DNA of 64,000 bases from Deltaproteobacteria bacterium TL4 (GTDB lineage Bacteria > SAR324 > NAC60-12): positions 8,421 through 72,420 of the forward strand of contig JBBCAX010000349.1 of NCBI GenBank assembly GCA_051382335.1. Reading direction: 5' to 3'. Numbering within the stretch: position 1 is the first letter of the stretch; every line of letters starts with the position of its first letter. Below, one piece after another: positions 31,006 to 41,613 of the stretch. The notes under the pieces are model-generated. The model had not been told where the DNA came from, did not search any database, and saw nothing but the letters and a program-made list of their open reading frames with translations. Made by a program: the position numbers and the translations under genes.

Positions 31006-31082
31006 GCACCCGTGGCTCAGCTGGATAGAGCATCTGATTGCGGTTCAGAGGGTCGGGCGTTCGAATCGCTCCGGGTGCACCA
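31006..31082 (+). tRNA. tRNA-Arg(GCG)
   Basis: GCACCCG/CGGGTGC acceptor, D-loop with A20, anticodon arm TCTGA-TTGCGGT-TCAGA, GTTCGAAT, encoded CCA. Confidence 0.93.
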
Positions 31083-31183
31083 ATCTTTCAAGGGTTTACT
31101 TTTTCTATTTTAGAAAAGATAGTGAAAAAAACCATCCAAACACCAGTAAACTTCTTGCATAATTTTTTGATCAACTCCTCAAA

Positions 31184-32647
31184 ATGCATCTCAGTTGGTT
31201 GTTTTTTCCCGGATTTATGGCAATTCTTTGGAGTCTTCGGCATCGATTGATGCTGATTGGCGTTGTGTTGATGTCAGCATGTGGTTTATTGGCTTACCAA
31301 CTCTTTATCCAACTTCCTGAATGGGAAACCACCTTAACTCAAGGCCTGGATCAACAGCAAACGGTATGGGTTCGCGGAAAAATCCAAAGAGCTCATCTGG
31401 AGAACAACGAGGCCCAATTACATCTGATTGCTGTTGACATGTTTGCTTCTGAACAAGAGACAGAACTCCATGAAATTTTTGTCACATTTCCCACCTATCC
31501 CGGTCGCCAACCCCGGTTTTTTCGGCAACGTCATATACAAATCAGTGGGACGCTTAACGAAGTGAAAGCAGAAAGCCAACGTCTTCATCTATCTTTTGCC
31601 AAAGCGCATTTCCATGATGTGCAGACTCCTGAAAGTGCTTTTCAACGACGGCGGAGCAGCTTCCATGCGCGACTGGTGAATCGTGCGCAGTTTTATCTTT
31701 CTGAAAAAGCAGCCTCACTCTATTTGCCGGTCACTTTGGCCAACAGTGTCTATTTGCCTGAAGTCCGCAATTTATTCAGTGAAACAGGCGTCTCCCACTT
31801 ATTAGCAATCAGCGGGTTACATATTGCGCTCATCTATGGAATGGTGCTTTGGGGGCTCCAGAGCATAGGCGGACGTGTTACACAATGGATGCTTTGGCCT
31901 TATTTCATTCCCTTTTCTCAAACAATGACGTTAATAGGGTTATGGGGCTATATCTTCCTTTTGGGGTTTCCTCTACCGGCTTTACGTGCGGTATGTATGT
32001 TGTCACTCTGGGTTGTGATCCGTTGGAGTGGGCAACAACAACACCCGCTGTATCTCCTTTTTCTCACAGCGTTAGGGTTTATGATTCAGCAACCTACAAC
32101 CATTTATGACGTGTCCTTTCAACTTTCATTTATGGCGGTATTTTACATTTTGTTATTTGCCCGATTTCTGAGTATAAACCTTGAAAAGGTGTCACTCTTT
32201 CACCGAATGCTCCATTATTTGTGGGCGAGTTTTGTAGTGACAGGAAGTGTTTCACTGGGTTTGTGGCCAATCCTGGTGAGTTATTTTCATGCTTTTTCTT
32301 TTGAGGTTTTTTGGCTGAATTTAATTCTGATTCCCCTCTTGGGTTTGGTCATCTTACCCCTTTGTTTAATCGCCCTGTTAAGCAGTCTTGTGTTGCTCAA
32401 CGAGGTTCCTTTTCATTTTTTAGAATCGTGGAGTTTTCAACTGGTGGAGTGGGGAATGCAGGGATGGCTTTGGGGGTTAAGCCATTTACACCAGTGGGCC
32501 TCCTGGGCCCAATGGCATCTGAGTTTAGAGTGGGAACCCTTCGATTTTTTCTTATATTATGGAAGCACAGGACTCCTTTGGTACGTTCTCAAAAGGTGGC
32601 AAGAAGCCTTTAGACCACATCTGAGGAACCACCACGGCCTCCAATAA
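31184..32647 (+). CDS. comEC: ComEC/Rec2 competence protein (no C-terminal metallo-beta-lactamase domain)
   Basis: GVSHLLAISGLHI, PALRA, SFQLSF, NLILIP and multiple TM. Confidence 0.85.
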   Translation: MHLSWLFFPGFMAILWSLRHRLMLIGVVLMSACGLLAYQLFIQLPEWETTLTQGLDQQQTVWVRGKIQRAHLENNEAQLHLIAVDMFASEQETELHEIFVTFPTYPGRQPRFFRQRHIQISGTLNEVKAESQRLHLSFAKAHFHDVQTPESAFQRRRSSFHARLVNRAQFYLSEKAASLYLPVTLANSVYLPEVRNLFSETGVSHLLAISGLHIALIYGMVLWGLQSIGGRVTQWMLWPYFIPFSQTMTLIGLWGYIFLLGFPLPALRAVCMLSLWVVIRWSGQQQHPLYLLFLTALGFMIQQPTTIYDVSFQLSFMAVFYILLFARFLSINLEKVSLFHRMLHYLWASFVVTGSVSLGLWPILVSYFHAFSFEVFWLNLILIPLLGLVILPLCLIALLSSLVLLNEVPFHFLESWSFQLVEWGMQGWLWGLSHLHQWASWAQWHLSLEWEPFDFFLYYGSTGLLWYVLKRWQEAFRPHLRNHHGLQ

Positions 32648-33623
32648 CCAGTGTTCCCGCTTCTTCCATTTTTCTGACAACCGTAATAATTTTTTGCTGC
32701 GCAGCTTCAACATCGGAAACTTTAACGGGACCCATGATTTCCAAGTCTTCCCGGACCATATCCGCTTGACGGGAAGACATACTACTGAAGATGAGTTCTT
32801 TCACGGAATCTCCTGCCGTTTTCAAAGAAAGGACGAGGTCATTTTGGTCAATTTCTTTAAGCACATTTTGCATTTGACGACTATCCACCAAGACCAAGTC
32901 TTCAAAAGTAAACATGAGTTCACGAATTTGCTCTGCAAGATCAGGGTTACTTTCCTCAATAGTGGCCAGAATTCGAGTCTCTGAGGCTTTATCCAAACTG
33001 TTGAGAATTTCCGCGACAGATTCCACACCTCCCACTTTGGTCCCAACGCCTGCGGCCGTTTTCATTTCTTCGGAAAGTACCTCGTCCATTTCCGCAATTA
33101 CGCCTGGGGGAATACTTTCAAGAATCGCCATCCGATAAACAACATCCGCTTGCAGGTTTTCAGGTAATTCACGCAGTACGGTTGAGGCTTGTTCCATGTC
33201 TGTCAGGTGAGCCATGATTAAGGAAATGGTTTGAGGGTGTTCGTTGACGATGTAACTTGCAATCACTTTGGCATCCATGTATTTCAGCGAATCGAGTGCC
33301 CCTTCTTCCTGGTGGGCTTTCAGTCCATCCACCAGGTCTCGGGCACGATCGGAACCAAGAGCTTTGGTCAAGGCGTTTCGTACAAAGTCTCCTGTCGCGT
33401 TAATTCCCGCGCCTTCATCCTGAATGACGGATTTACGGTAATATTCTTCAAGGACCAAGTCCAGCTCTTCAGGAGACACATCAGTGAAGCGTGTCATATA
33501 ATAACCTACCTGCTGAATTTCAGATTCTTCTAAATTCTTCAGGATTTCTGAGGCACCCTCTTCTCCCAAGGCCAGAAGTAGAATTGCTGCCTTTTTGGGA
33601 CCTGTCATTTTTCCGACACTCAT
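32610..33623 (-). CDS. fliG: Flagellar motor switch protein FliG (stand-alone)
   Basis: TGPKKAAILLLALG, EHPQTI, GGVESVAEILN, MFTFEDL, MSSR, VEAAQ. Confidence 0.95.
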   Translation of the reverse strand: MSVGKMTGPKKAAILLLALGEEGASEILKNLEESEIQQVGYYMTRFTDVSPEELDLVLEEYYRKSVIQDEGAGINATGDFVRNALTKALGSDRARDLVDGLKAHQEEGALDSLKYMDAKVIASYIVNEHPQTISLIMAHLTDMEQASTVLRELPENLQADVVYRMAILESIPPGVIAEMDEVLSEEMKTAAGVGTKVGGVESVAEILNSLDKASETRILATIEESNPDLAEQIRELMFTFEDLVLVDSRQMQNVLKEIDQNDLVLSLKTAGDSVKELIFSSMSSRQADMVREDLEIMGPVKVSDVEAAQQKIITVVRKMEEAGTLVIGGRGGSSDVV

Positions 33624-33727
33624 GATGCTCCTTACATTGAATAATTAATAAGTTGGTAATACTCAGTCCACGAAACACATTAAAAAAACTAAAAAATAAT
33701 AAATTTAGTGTTTTTTATGGATTTTAG

Positions 33728-33757
33728 AGCCCTCCCTTTTTAGGCGGAGTAGTGACA
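33728..33757 (+). mobile_element. Possible degenerate IS200/IS605-type end remnant
   Basis: AGCCCTCCCTTTTTAGGCGGAGTAGTGAC resembles the hairpin plus GTAGTT(G/C)AC end of IS605/IS1341-type elements. No tnpA/tnpB nearby. Confidence 0.25.
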
Positions 33758-33915
33758 AAAATTGTTTGTTTGCTGTTGGGAACATGCAAAAAATAAACCG
33801 ACTGTCTGTTTTATCTCAGCACGGCAAAAAACGAAACATTTATAGCACGGTGAATCCGGTTTGTCTCTCACTCTTTTGGTCATCTTCATCCATGACTTGA
33901 TGATGAGGGAGAGCG

Positions 33916-35019
33916 TTAGGGAACTTTAAAAGTGATTCCCAGGTTAAGTTCTCGATGTTCCTGATTTACCGATAGCCCTGTTTTGACAATTTCCAGAAGA
34001 TAGATCAAGTGGATTCGCAAAGCCTGTGAGTTCTCAGGATAGATCTCAACGCCTGTCATTTCTCCTGTATGGAACATTGAGTCTCCATCGCCATAAAGGG
34101 TTTCATCACTGGTATATTTGAAAACCCAGTGCAAGTAATCTTGACGATGGTACTTGAAAAACACAAGCATACTCCAGGTTTTTTCTGGGTCTTGAGTCAG
34201 CGTTTGAATTTGTTGATTGACGAGCAGCTCTTTTTGATATTCGGAGGTCAAGACCTGACCGTATTCAAGTTCCGTTTGTAAGCTGATGGAGGTCCAACGA
34301 AAACCGATCCCGATTTGAGAGGTATCAAAGGCTCCGGTGCTGAGGAGGTGGCCTTCGAGCATTTGCGTTTGTTGAGGGGCAGGAAAACGCCCATACGAGA
34401 TAATCGGTTCCAGACTATTGTTTTGAAAGTGACCATACCATGCGAGGTTTGCTCCAACGGCTGTGGTTTTTTGTTCCTGATGGCGTAGGGGGCTATTGAG
34501 GAGCTGGACACTCCAGGTTTGTTCACCGGTGAAGGCTCGTAAATCCAATCCGGCTCCATAGATCACAGGTAATTTTTGATTCGCCCAGGAGTATAAATAT
34601 TGATCCATGACGTTATAATCATTTTCCCATGAGCCTGACGGAATAAAGATTTTCCCAAATTTTAAACTGAATGACGACGACATGTTGAGTTCAAGATAGG
34701 AGTATTCAATATTTTCTTCAGCAACCGTTTCAAGCGTCTCAGGCTGTAGCCAGGTCGTAAAGTTGAGCCTGATGCGAGCACGTGCGTTTGAATTGAGCGT
34801 CTGTTGAAAATCGATAGCCGCTCTTTTGAAGGAAATCTCGGTATAGGATTCTTCTTGCCAGGGATTCCGCGGAGTGTTGGCGTGCTGTGAAATATCATTC
34901 CTGATTTCTAATCCAGAACGGAATGTCGTTGTTTCAGCCCCGCTTATTGATGAAAACAATCCGGTACCCAAATAAATTAAAACGCAAATCAGTTTGTTCC
35001 ATCGTAACGTCATCATCAC
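33916..35019 (-). CDS. Putative outer-membrane beta-barrel (porin-like)
   Basis: Signal peptide, amphipathic beta strands and IEYSYLE...LKFGKIFIPSGSWE, resembling OprO/P-type porins. Confidence 0.6.
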   Translation of the reverse strand: MMMTLRWNKLICVLIYLGTGLFSSISGAETTTFRSGLEIRNDISQHANTPRNPWQEESYTEISFKRAAIDFQQTLNSNARARIRLNFTTWLQPETLETVAEENIEYSYLELNMSSSFSLKFGKIFIPSGSWENDYNVMDQYLYSWANQKLPVIYGAGLDLRAFTGEQTWSVQLLNSPLRHQEQKTTAVGANLAWYGHFQNNSLEPIISYGRFPAPQQTQMLEGHLLSTGAFDTSQIGIGFRWTSISLQTELEYGQVLTSEYQKELLVNQQIQTLTQDPEKTWSMLVFFKYHRQDYLHWVFKYTSDETLYGDGDSMFHTGEMTGVEIYPENSQALRIHLIYLLEIVKTGLSVNQEHRELNLGITFKVP

Positions 35020-35133
35020 ATTATTCCTTAAAAAGATTCATTTTAGTCGTGAGATTTGAAAAAAAAGCTGCTAAAGGGTTGAGCTTCGTTTTGTAAGACG
35101 TATTAGAACAATCTTTTGATCGGAGTCAAGCTC

Positions 35134-35532
35134 ATGTTTCCATTTGAATCGATCGCAGTGGCTCAAGAAGCAGGTGGTCCCGCAGGTATCGCGGCAAATC
35201 CGTTTTTTCAGTTTTTGCCTTTCGTCCTGATTTTCTTTGTTTTTTATTTTTTGATCATCCGTCCTCAGCAAAAAAAGCAAAAGGAACACACGGATATGCT
35301 CCGTTCTTTGAAGAAGGGAGACAAAGTGGTGACTTCCGGAGGAATTTATGGGACCATCCAAAAAATAGGAGAGGATTGGCTCACTTTAGAAATTGCGGAA
35401 AAAGTTCGCATCAAAGTGGATCGAAATCAAGTTTCTCGACTTACCGTAGAGTCCGTTGAGAAAAATGCAAAAGAAGAGGCAAAGTCTGAAAATAATGACA
35501 ATAATGACGAGAGCGCAGAAAAAACAGGATGA
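35134..35532 (+). CDS. yajC: Preprotein translocase subunit YajC
   Basis: FYFLIIRPQQKKQKEH...LKKGDKVVTSGGIYG. Confidence 0.95.
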   Translation: MFPFESIAVAQEAGGPAGIAANPFFQFLPFVLIFFVFYFLIIRPQQKKQKEHTDMLRSLKKGDKVVTSGGIYGTIQKIGEDWLTLEIAEKVRIKVDRNQVSRLTVESVEKNAKEEAKSENNDNNDESAEKTG

Positions 35533-35588
35533 ATTCTGATGTTTTTATTGCAAGCCCTATAACTTAAAAGTAAGAAAGCAAAAATATT

Positions 35589-37163
35589 ATGGATACGGAA
35601 GTTCGGATAAGAGGTGTGATCATCTTGATTGTCTTGGTAGTGGCAGGCTATTACGCCATTCCAACCTACCATGCTTATAAACCTGGAAACAATCCTAAAT
35701 TAGTTGATAAAAAGGTGAATTTAGGACTGGATTTACAGGGAGGCATGTATCTGGATATTGAAGTTCAGGTTGACGATGCTGTTGATGAAGTTGCGCGAAG
35801 AGCCGCTCAGGAGCTTGAGGATGCCTTTATTGATAATCAGGTGGAGTACATTCATATTGAGAGTAAAGGATCTCAAGTCGAGATTGAGTTTGAAGCAGGG
35901 AGCAGTCTGGACCTTGAAGAGGAACCTTATAGTCGCTTGGTGGTACAGTTTGATCAGAATATTGAAAAAGACTTCACCCGCCTGACTGTGAAAGCGGAAG
36001 AGATCAAACGCATACGCACAAGCTCCGTGGATCAAGCTTTAGAGGTCTTACGGAACCGCATTGACGCCTTGGGTGTGGCGGAGCCTTCTTTACAACGGCA
36101 GGGTGAAAATAATATTCTGATTCAGCTTCCAGGCTTGACCGACCGTGAAAAAGCGATCAAGTTGATTGGAACTCAGGCGGTGTTGGAATTTTATCTTGTC
36201 AACGAGAATGCTACAAAAAATAATTATAACCAATTGACCTCGGTTGTTAAATATGAAGAAAATTGGGATAAAATCACTCAGAAAGTGGCCACTCGAATCC
36301 CTTTTGTCTTAGACAAAAAAGTGGTGTTGACCGGAGAGTTCATTCGAGATGCCAGAGTGCGTTTTGATCAAAATGATAATCAACCTTACGTCTCTTTATC
36401 CTTTGATTCCATGGGGGCGGATCGTTTTGGTCGAATTACCGAAAAGAACAAAGGAAAACGACTCGCCATCGTCTTGGATGATAAAGTTCAATCCGCGCCT
36501 GTGATCCGAGAAGCTATCCTGGGAGGCGAAGCTTCGATTTCAGGAAACTTCACCTTGGATGAGGCGAATGATTTAGCTCTGGTTCTGCGTTCAGGTTCAC
36601 TGCCCGCAGGGATCGTGATTCGTGAAGAACAAACGGTAGGTGCGAGTTTAGGAGAAGATTCTATCAAACAGAGTTTGATTTCTCTGCTGATAGGCGGTCT
36701 TAGCGTTTTTTTCTTTATGATGTTTTATTACCGGGTTTCTGGTAGTTTTGCCAGCCTGGCCTTACTCCTGAATTTGATTTTAATCATTGCTATTCTGGCA
36801 GGGTTTGAATCAACCTTGACGTTGCCCGGAATGGCCGGGATTGTGCTTACCCTGGGGATGGCTGTGGATGCGAACGTGCTGATTTTTGAACGTATACGTG
36901 AAGAAATGAAAAGGAACGGAATGCCAAGAGCCGCTGTTCGCGAAGGCTTCAGTAAAGCGTTTCTGACCATTGTTGATTCCAATGTCACAACCTTGTTTGC
37001 CGCGCTGGCCTTACTTCAATTTGGGACAGGGCCGGTTAAAGGGTTTGCGGTAACCTTGTCGGTTGGAATTCTGTCCAGTATGTTTACTTCGATTGTGGTT
37101 ACCCGGTTTTTGTTTGATATAGTCTATCTTAATCGTCGTAAACTTGAAAAAATCAGTATTTAA
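35589..37163 (+). CDS. secD: Protein translocase subunit SecD
   Basis: NLGLDLQGG, RNRIDALGVAEP, LRSGSLP, LTLPGMAG, AVDANVLIFERIREE. Confidence 0.96.
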   Translation: MDTEVRIRGVIILIVLVVAGYYAIPTYHAYKPGNNPKLVDKKVNLGLDLQGGMYLDIEVQVDDAVDEVARRAAQELEDAFIDNQVEYIHIESKGSQVEIEFEAGSSLDLEEEPYSRLVVQFDQNIEKDFTRLTVKAEEIKRIRTSSVDQALEVLRNRIDALGVAEPSLQRQGENNILIQLPGLTDREKAIKLIGTQAVLEFYLVNENATKNNYNQLTSVVKYEENWDKITQKVATRIPFVLDKKVVLTGEFIRDARVRFDQNDNQPYVSLSFDSMGADRFGRITEKNKGKRLAIVLDDKVQSAPVIREAILGGEASISGNFTLDEANDLALVLRSGSLPAGIVIREEQTVGASLGEDSIKQSLISLLIGGLSVFFFMMFYYRVSGSFASLALLLNLILIIAILAGFESTLTLPGMAGIVLTLGMAVDANVLIFERIREEMKRNGMPRAAVREGFSKAFLTIVDSNVTTLFAALALLQFGTGPVKGFAVTLSVGILSSMFTSIVVTRFLFDIVYLNRRKLEKISI

Positions 37164-37355
37164 TTCTCGTTTTACATCGTGTCGGATGCACTTGGAACAG
37201 GTTCTGTTGTGAGTGTGTTGGGTTTTGCCTTTTGGGAAGCCAACGTTGTGGGCTTTGGTGAGGCGACCTGCTTAAAAAGTGAAGTTGGATTCACACTTCC
37301 TGTTCTTAAACCGACAGCCTTATTTATTAGTAACATCTATACTACTTATGAAATT

Positions 37356-38282
37356 ATGCAGATAATAAAGGACGACTGTAATTTTGATTTTTTAGGGAAG
37401 CGGAAGATAGCTGCCGTTATTTCCGCATTAATGATTCTTGTTGGAATGGTTTCTATTGCCTTACATCGAGGGTTGAATTTTGGCATCGATTTTCGGGGAG
37501 GAACCAATGTACAAATCCGCTTTGAGAAACAAGTCAATCTGGACGATTTACGGAAAGTCTTCGCAACACGAGAGGATAGTGGCGAAATGAGTCTCCAAAC
37601 CTTTGGTGTTCCCGAAGATAACGAAGTCCTGTTGATTTTGCCGGTTGACAGCAAGCTGGCAAAAGACGGGCAACTTAAAGAAAACCTGACGGAATTGCTT
37701 AAAGATAAATATCCTCAAATGGAGTTACGTCGAGTCGCGACCATTGGTCCAAAGGTTGGCGAGGAATTAAAACTGAATGCAGTTCGTGCGATTTTTATCG
37801 CACTGGGCTTGGTATTAGTCTACATCTCCTTCCGTTTTCAATGGAAATTTGGTGTTGGCACAATCGTTGCGTTGATCCATGATGTTTGCATTGTTGTTGG
37901 CGTTTTTTCGATGCTGGATAAAGAATTTACCCTGACGATTGTGGCCGCACTCTTAACGGTTGTGGGATACTCTTTGAATGATACCATTGTCGTTTTTGAT
38001 CGCATTCGTGAAAATCAAGGCAAGTACCGTAAAAAGGGCTTGGAAGAGATCATCAATCTGAGTACCAATGAAACTTTAAGCCGAACGATACTCACCTCAG
38101 GGACCACCTTGCTTGTTGTTGTGTGCTTGTTCTTTCTTGGCGGAGAGATTATTCATGACTTCTCCTTTGCCATGCTCGTTGGCATCGGGGTTGGAACGTA
38201 TTCTTCCATTTACATTGCAAGTCCGGTATTATTGTTATTGAACCAAAAAAATCCAGCAACTCCGGTTAAAGAAGAAGCTTAA
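37356..38282 (+). CDS. secF: Protein translocase subunit SecF
   Basis: GIDFRGG, HDV, GYSLNDTIVVFDRIRE, GTYSSIYIA. Start ATG 37356 (MQIIK); the ORF-track extension to 37179 is not SecF-like. Confidence 0.95.
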   Translation: MQIIKDDCNFDFLGKRKIAAVISALMILVGMVSIALHRGLNFGIDFRGGTNVQIRFEKQVNLDDLRKVFATREDSGEMSLQTFGVPEDNEVLLILPVDSKLAKDGQLKENLTELLKDKYPQMELRRVATIGPKVGEELKLNAVRAIFIALGLVLVYISFRFQWKFGVGTIVALIHDVCIVVGVFSMLDKEFTLTIVAALLTVVGYSLNDTIVVFDRIRENQGKYRKKGLEEIINLSTNETLSRTILTSGTTLLVVVCLFFLGGEIIHDFSFAMLVGIGVGTYSSIYIASPVLLLLNQKNPATPVKEEA

Positions 38283-38301
38283 TCTTGTAGGAGTCCTATT
38301 G

Positions 38302-39171
38302 ATGCCAATTACCACTTTTAAACTCGAGACTGTTGCCATCGTAGGCTTGGGGTTGATCGGAGGCTCTGTTGCTTTGGATTTACAACGGTTGGGCTTAGTC
38401 AAACGACTGGTGGGCTATGACCAGCGTCAGGATCATTGTCAACAAGCCTTGGAACATGGTTTGGTTCATTATGCCTCCCCTCAATGGGATGCTGAGTTGA
38501 CACAAGCGCAATTGGTGATTCTTTCAGTACCTGTCGGTGCCTTTGAAGTCGTCGTGGCTCAAATCCGGGAGTACTTAGCCCCTGGTGTGATTCTCTCAGA
38601 TGTTGGCAGTGTCAAAAGTCCTCTGCTGGCCTTGATGAAAAAGGCTGAAAACCAACATATTAATTTCATAGGCGCGCATCCGATTGCGGGTTCAGAACAT
38701 TATGGTCCTACCAGTGCTCGTATCCGTCTTTTTGAAGGCAGAAAATTAATCATCACTCCCGACTCCAGTTCTAATCCCGAGGCACTGTCTTTGGTCCGGA
38801 CTCTTTGGGAACACCTTGGCAGTAACGTGATTGAAATGGACGCGGAATCTCATGATGAAGTCTTTGCGTGGGTGAGTCACTTACCTCACTTGTTAGCGTA
38901 TGCCAGCATTAAAACCATCGCGGCTGCGGACCATCCCGAAATTCTAAGTTTCTCCGGTGCAGGACTCAAAGACTTCTCCCGCATTGCTTCCTCCAGTCCT
39001 GAAATGTGGGCCGATATTTTTATGGAAAATCAAAGCTACCTCTTAGCTCATTTGGCTCAGTTTGAACAAATCCTGACACAACTAAAAACCACAATTCAAC
39101 AAAGAGACAGAGATTCCCTGGTTGAATTATTGTTTGCTGCGAAGAATTCCAGAGATCACTGGGTGCGCTAG
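38302..39171 (+). CDS. tyrA: Prephenate/cyclohexadienyl dehydrogenase
   Basis: GLGLIGGS, DVGSVK, HPIAGSE, HD...VSHLPH, DFSRIA.S.PEMW.DI. Confidence 0.92.
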   Translation: MPITTFKLETVAIVGLGLIGGSVALDLQRLGLVKRLVGYDQRQDHCQQALEHGLVHYASPQWDAELTQAQLVILSVPVGAFEVVVAQIREYLAPGVILSDVGSVKSPLLALMKKAENQHINFIGAHPIAGSEHYGPTSARIRLFEGRKLIITPDSSSNPEALSLVRTLWEHLGSNVIEMDAESHDEVFAWVSHLPHLLAYASIKTIAAADHPEILSFSGAGLKDFSRIASSSPEMWADIFMENQSYLLAHLAQFEQILTQLKTTIQQRDRDSLVELLFAAKNSRDHWVR

Positions 39172-39254
39172 ATAGCACTAATGGGGCTTTGGTGTGGGAA
39201 AACCTAAAAAAACAGACTCAGCGACAAATCCTCCCAACACAACTCAGCTTCAAG

Positions 39255-40031
39255 TCAAGTGCCAGCCTCGTTATACTCAATAATCAAAGGGGCATGATCG
39301 GAAAAGCGTTGTTCTTTATAGATGGCTTCTGTTCGGGCGAGTGCCGCGATGTTTGGAGTCGCCATTTGATAGTCAATACGCCATCCGACATTTTTGGCCC
39401 AGGCTTGTCCCCGGTTGGACCACCAGGTGTATTGACCAGGGTTGGGGTTTAATTGCCGGAATACATCAACATATCCTAATTGATCCACAACCAGAGTCAG
39501 CCATTCCCGTTCTTCGGGTAAAAACCCGGAATGCTCCTGGTTGGCTTTCCAGTTTTTTAAATCAATTTCTTTGTGCGCGATATTTAAATCTCCACAAATG
39601 ATGTATTCCCGTCCATCGGTCTGTTTTTCTTTTAGCCAATGTGTGAAATGCTCCATCACCTCATACTTAAAAGCCTGTCTTTCTGGACTACTGCTTCCTG
39701 AAGGCAAATATAAGGAAATAATGCTCAAAGCACCATAATCGATCTGCAAAAATCGAGCTTCCCTATCCATGGGCTCCCATCCATACTTAAGATGAATGCG
39801 ATCCGGTTTTCGCTTATAATACACAGCGACACCTGAATAACCTTTACGTTCCGCACAATGAAAAACACTATTGTAACCAGGCGGATTTTTTATGGTGGAC
39901 GTTAATTGTTCGTGCGGAATTCGTGTTTCCTGAAGGCAAACGATATCTGCCTGCTGAAGATTTAACCAAGCTAAAAACCCTTTCTTTACTCCAGCACGGA
40001 TTCCATTAATGTTAAGAGAGATGATTTTCAT
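39255..40031 (-). CDS. xth: Exodeoxyribonuclease III / AP endonuclease
   Basis: NINGIRA, CLQET, KGYSGVA, GDLNIAH, YTWWS, GWRIDY, SDHAP. Confidence 0.95.
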   Translation of the reverse strand: MKIISLNINGIRAGVKKGFLAWLNLQQADIVCLQETRIPHEQLTSTIKNPPGYNSVFHCAERKGYSGVAVYYKRKPDRIHLKYGWEPMDREARFLQIDYGALSIISLYLPSGSSSPERQAFKYEVMEHFTHWLKEKQTDGREYIICGDLNIAHKEIDLKNWKANQEHSGFLPEEREWLTLVVDQLGYVDVFRQLNPNPGQYTWWSNRGQAWAKNVGWRIDYQMATPNIAALARTEAIYKEQRFSDHAPLIIEYNEAGT

Positions 40032-40297
40032 AAGAACTCTTCAGGATCTTGTTGTGTCAGTGCGGATTTAAAGGGGGGTAGTCTTGTTTTTTGTAATTCA
40101 CAAAATTATATACTAAAGCAGTGCTAAAAAATAACAAGTGAATAGGACCTCCCGTTTAAGACGACACAGTATTTGACGAGAGTGTCCTTTGTTCTGGCTT
40201 AAGCCTGTGGTCGATGGTTTCAATTTCTGCTGAAGAACCTCCGTTATTTGATGCGCCTATCCCAAGTGAGTCTGAATTATTTAAAATAGAGGAAGCC

Positions 40298-41542
40298 ATG
40301 AAACGTGTTGTCGTAACGGGTATCGGTATTAATTGTTGCCTTGGAAATGATCAGGAGTCTGTGATTGCAGCCTTGAAACAGGGACGCTCAGGCCTTAAGT
40401 TCAAACAAGAATACCAAGATTTAGGTTTCCGCAGTCAAGTCGCCGGAAATGTTGTAGGACTGGACCTTGAAAGTTTAATAAATCGTAAAATAAGACGTTA
40501 TATGGGAAAGGCAGCGGCTTTTTCCTATTTGGCCATGCAGCAAGCCATTGAAGATTCGGGATTAACGGAAGCTCAGGTGTCCCATGATCGAACCGGGTTA
40601 ATTGCTGGTTCTGTAACCGGATCTTCCGAGAGTCAGGTTGCTGCGGCGGATTTGTTACGAGAAAAGGGCGTCCGTCAGGTGGGGCCCTTTATGGTGACTC
40701 GGATTATGTCCAGTTCTGTTTCAGGTTGTTTGTGCACTGCGTTTCAAATCAAGGGACTTAATTATGCGATCAGTTCAGCCTGTGCGACCAGCTCACATTG
40801 TATTGGAAATGCCATGGAGCAAATCCAATGGGGAAAGCAGGATATTATTTTTGCGGGAGGAGGTTGTGAGGAGCATTGGACCCAAACGATGCTCTTTGAG
40901 TCAATGTCCACGCTGTCTTCCAAGTATAATGATACTCCAGAAAAAGCCTCCCGGCCTTATGATGCCAACCGAGATGGTTTTGTTGTTTCTGAAGGTGCGG
41001 GGATTATCGTCTTGGAAGAATTGGAGCACGCCCTAAAACGCGGTGCTCCTATTTATGCGGAAATCGTTGGGTATGGCGCAACATCCGATGGGGTGAACAT
41101 GGTGGCCCCCTCAGGAGAAGGGGCGGTTCGTTGTATGAAAAAAGCGATGGAAACGGTCAACGCCGATTTAAACTATATCAATACTCATGGAACAAGTACG
41201 CCTACAGGGGATATTGCGGAGCTTAAGGCGATTCGTGAGGCTTTTGGTGAGGAGCTTCCTCCTCTCAGTTCCACAAAATCGCTGACAGGGCATTCTCTGG
41301 GCGCGGCCGGTGTTCATGAGGCGATTTACTGTTTATTGATGATGAAACATCAATTTGTTGCGGCATCCGCCAATATTGAAAATATGGATGAAGGCGCGAA
41401 AACCTTTCCGATTGTGACTGAATGTCAGGAACCTGTCCCTCTGAACGTCGTTCTTTCTAACAGTTTTGGCTTTGGTGGTACTAATGCGACATTGGTCTTT
41501 CAGCGTTTTCAAGAGGACATGCCGGCCACAGGAAGTAAATAG
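40298..41542 (+). CDS. fabB: Beta-ketoacyl-ACP synthase I
   Basis: [45 protein letters not shown]. Start 40298 follows GAGG. Confidence 0.92.
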   Translation: MKRVVVTGIGINCCLGNDQESVIAALKQGRSGLKFKQEYQDLGFRSQVAGNVVGLDLESLINRKIRRYMGKAAAFSYLAMQQAIEDSGLTEAQVSHDRTGLIAGSVTGSSESQVAAADLLREKGVRQVGPFMVTRIMSSSVSGCLCTAFQIKGLNYAISSACATSSHCIGNAMEQIQWGKQDIIFAGGGCEEHWTQTMLFESMSTLSSKYNDTPEKASRPYDANRDGFVVSEGAGIIVLEELEHALKRGAPIYAEIVGYGATSDGVNMVAPSGEGAVRCMKKAMETVNADLNYINTHGTSTPTGDIAELKAIREAFGEELPPLSSTKSLTGHSLGAAGVHEAIYCLLMMKHQFVAASANIENMDEGAKTFPIVTECQEPVPLNVVLSNSFGFGGTNATLVFQRFQEDMPATGSK

Positions 41543-41613
41543 GAATGGACTTGTTAAGTGGTATGAGCTATCCTCCCTTGCTGATGGGGATAGGGATTGG
41601 AGGACGATTGAGG

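Noticed and set aside
30770..31250. ORFs 30770..31033 and 31038..31250
   Set aside because: They overlap the tRNA genes and are spurious.
37179..37355. 59-aa N-terminal extension of SecF
   Set aside because: Not SecF-like and has no RBS. The family-like start is MQIIK at 37356. Treated as a structured spacer instead.
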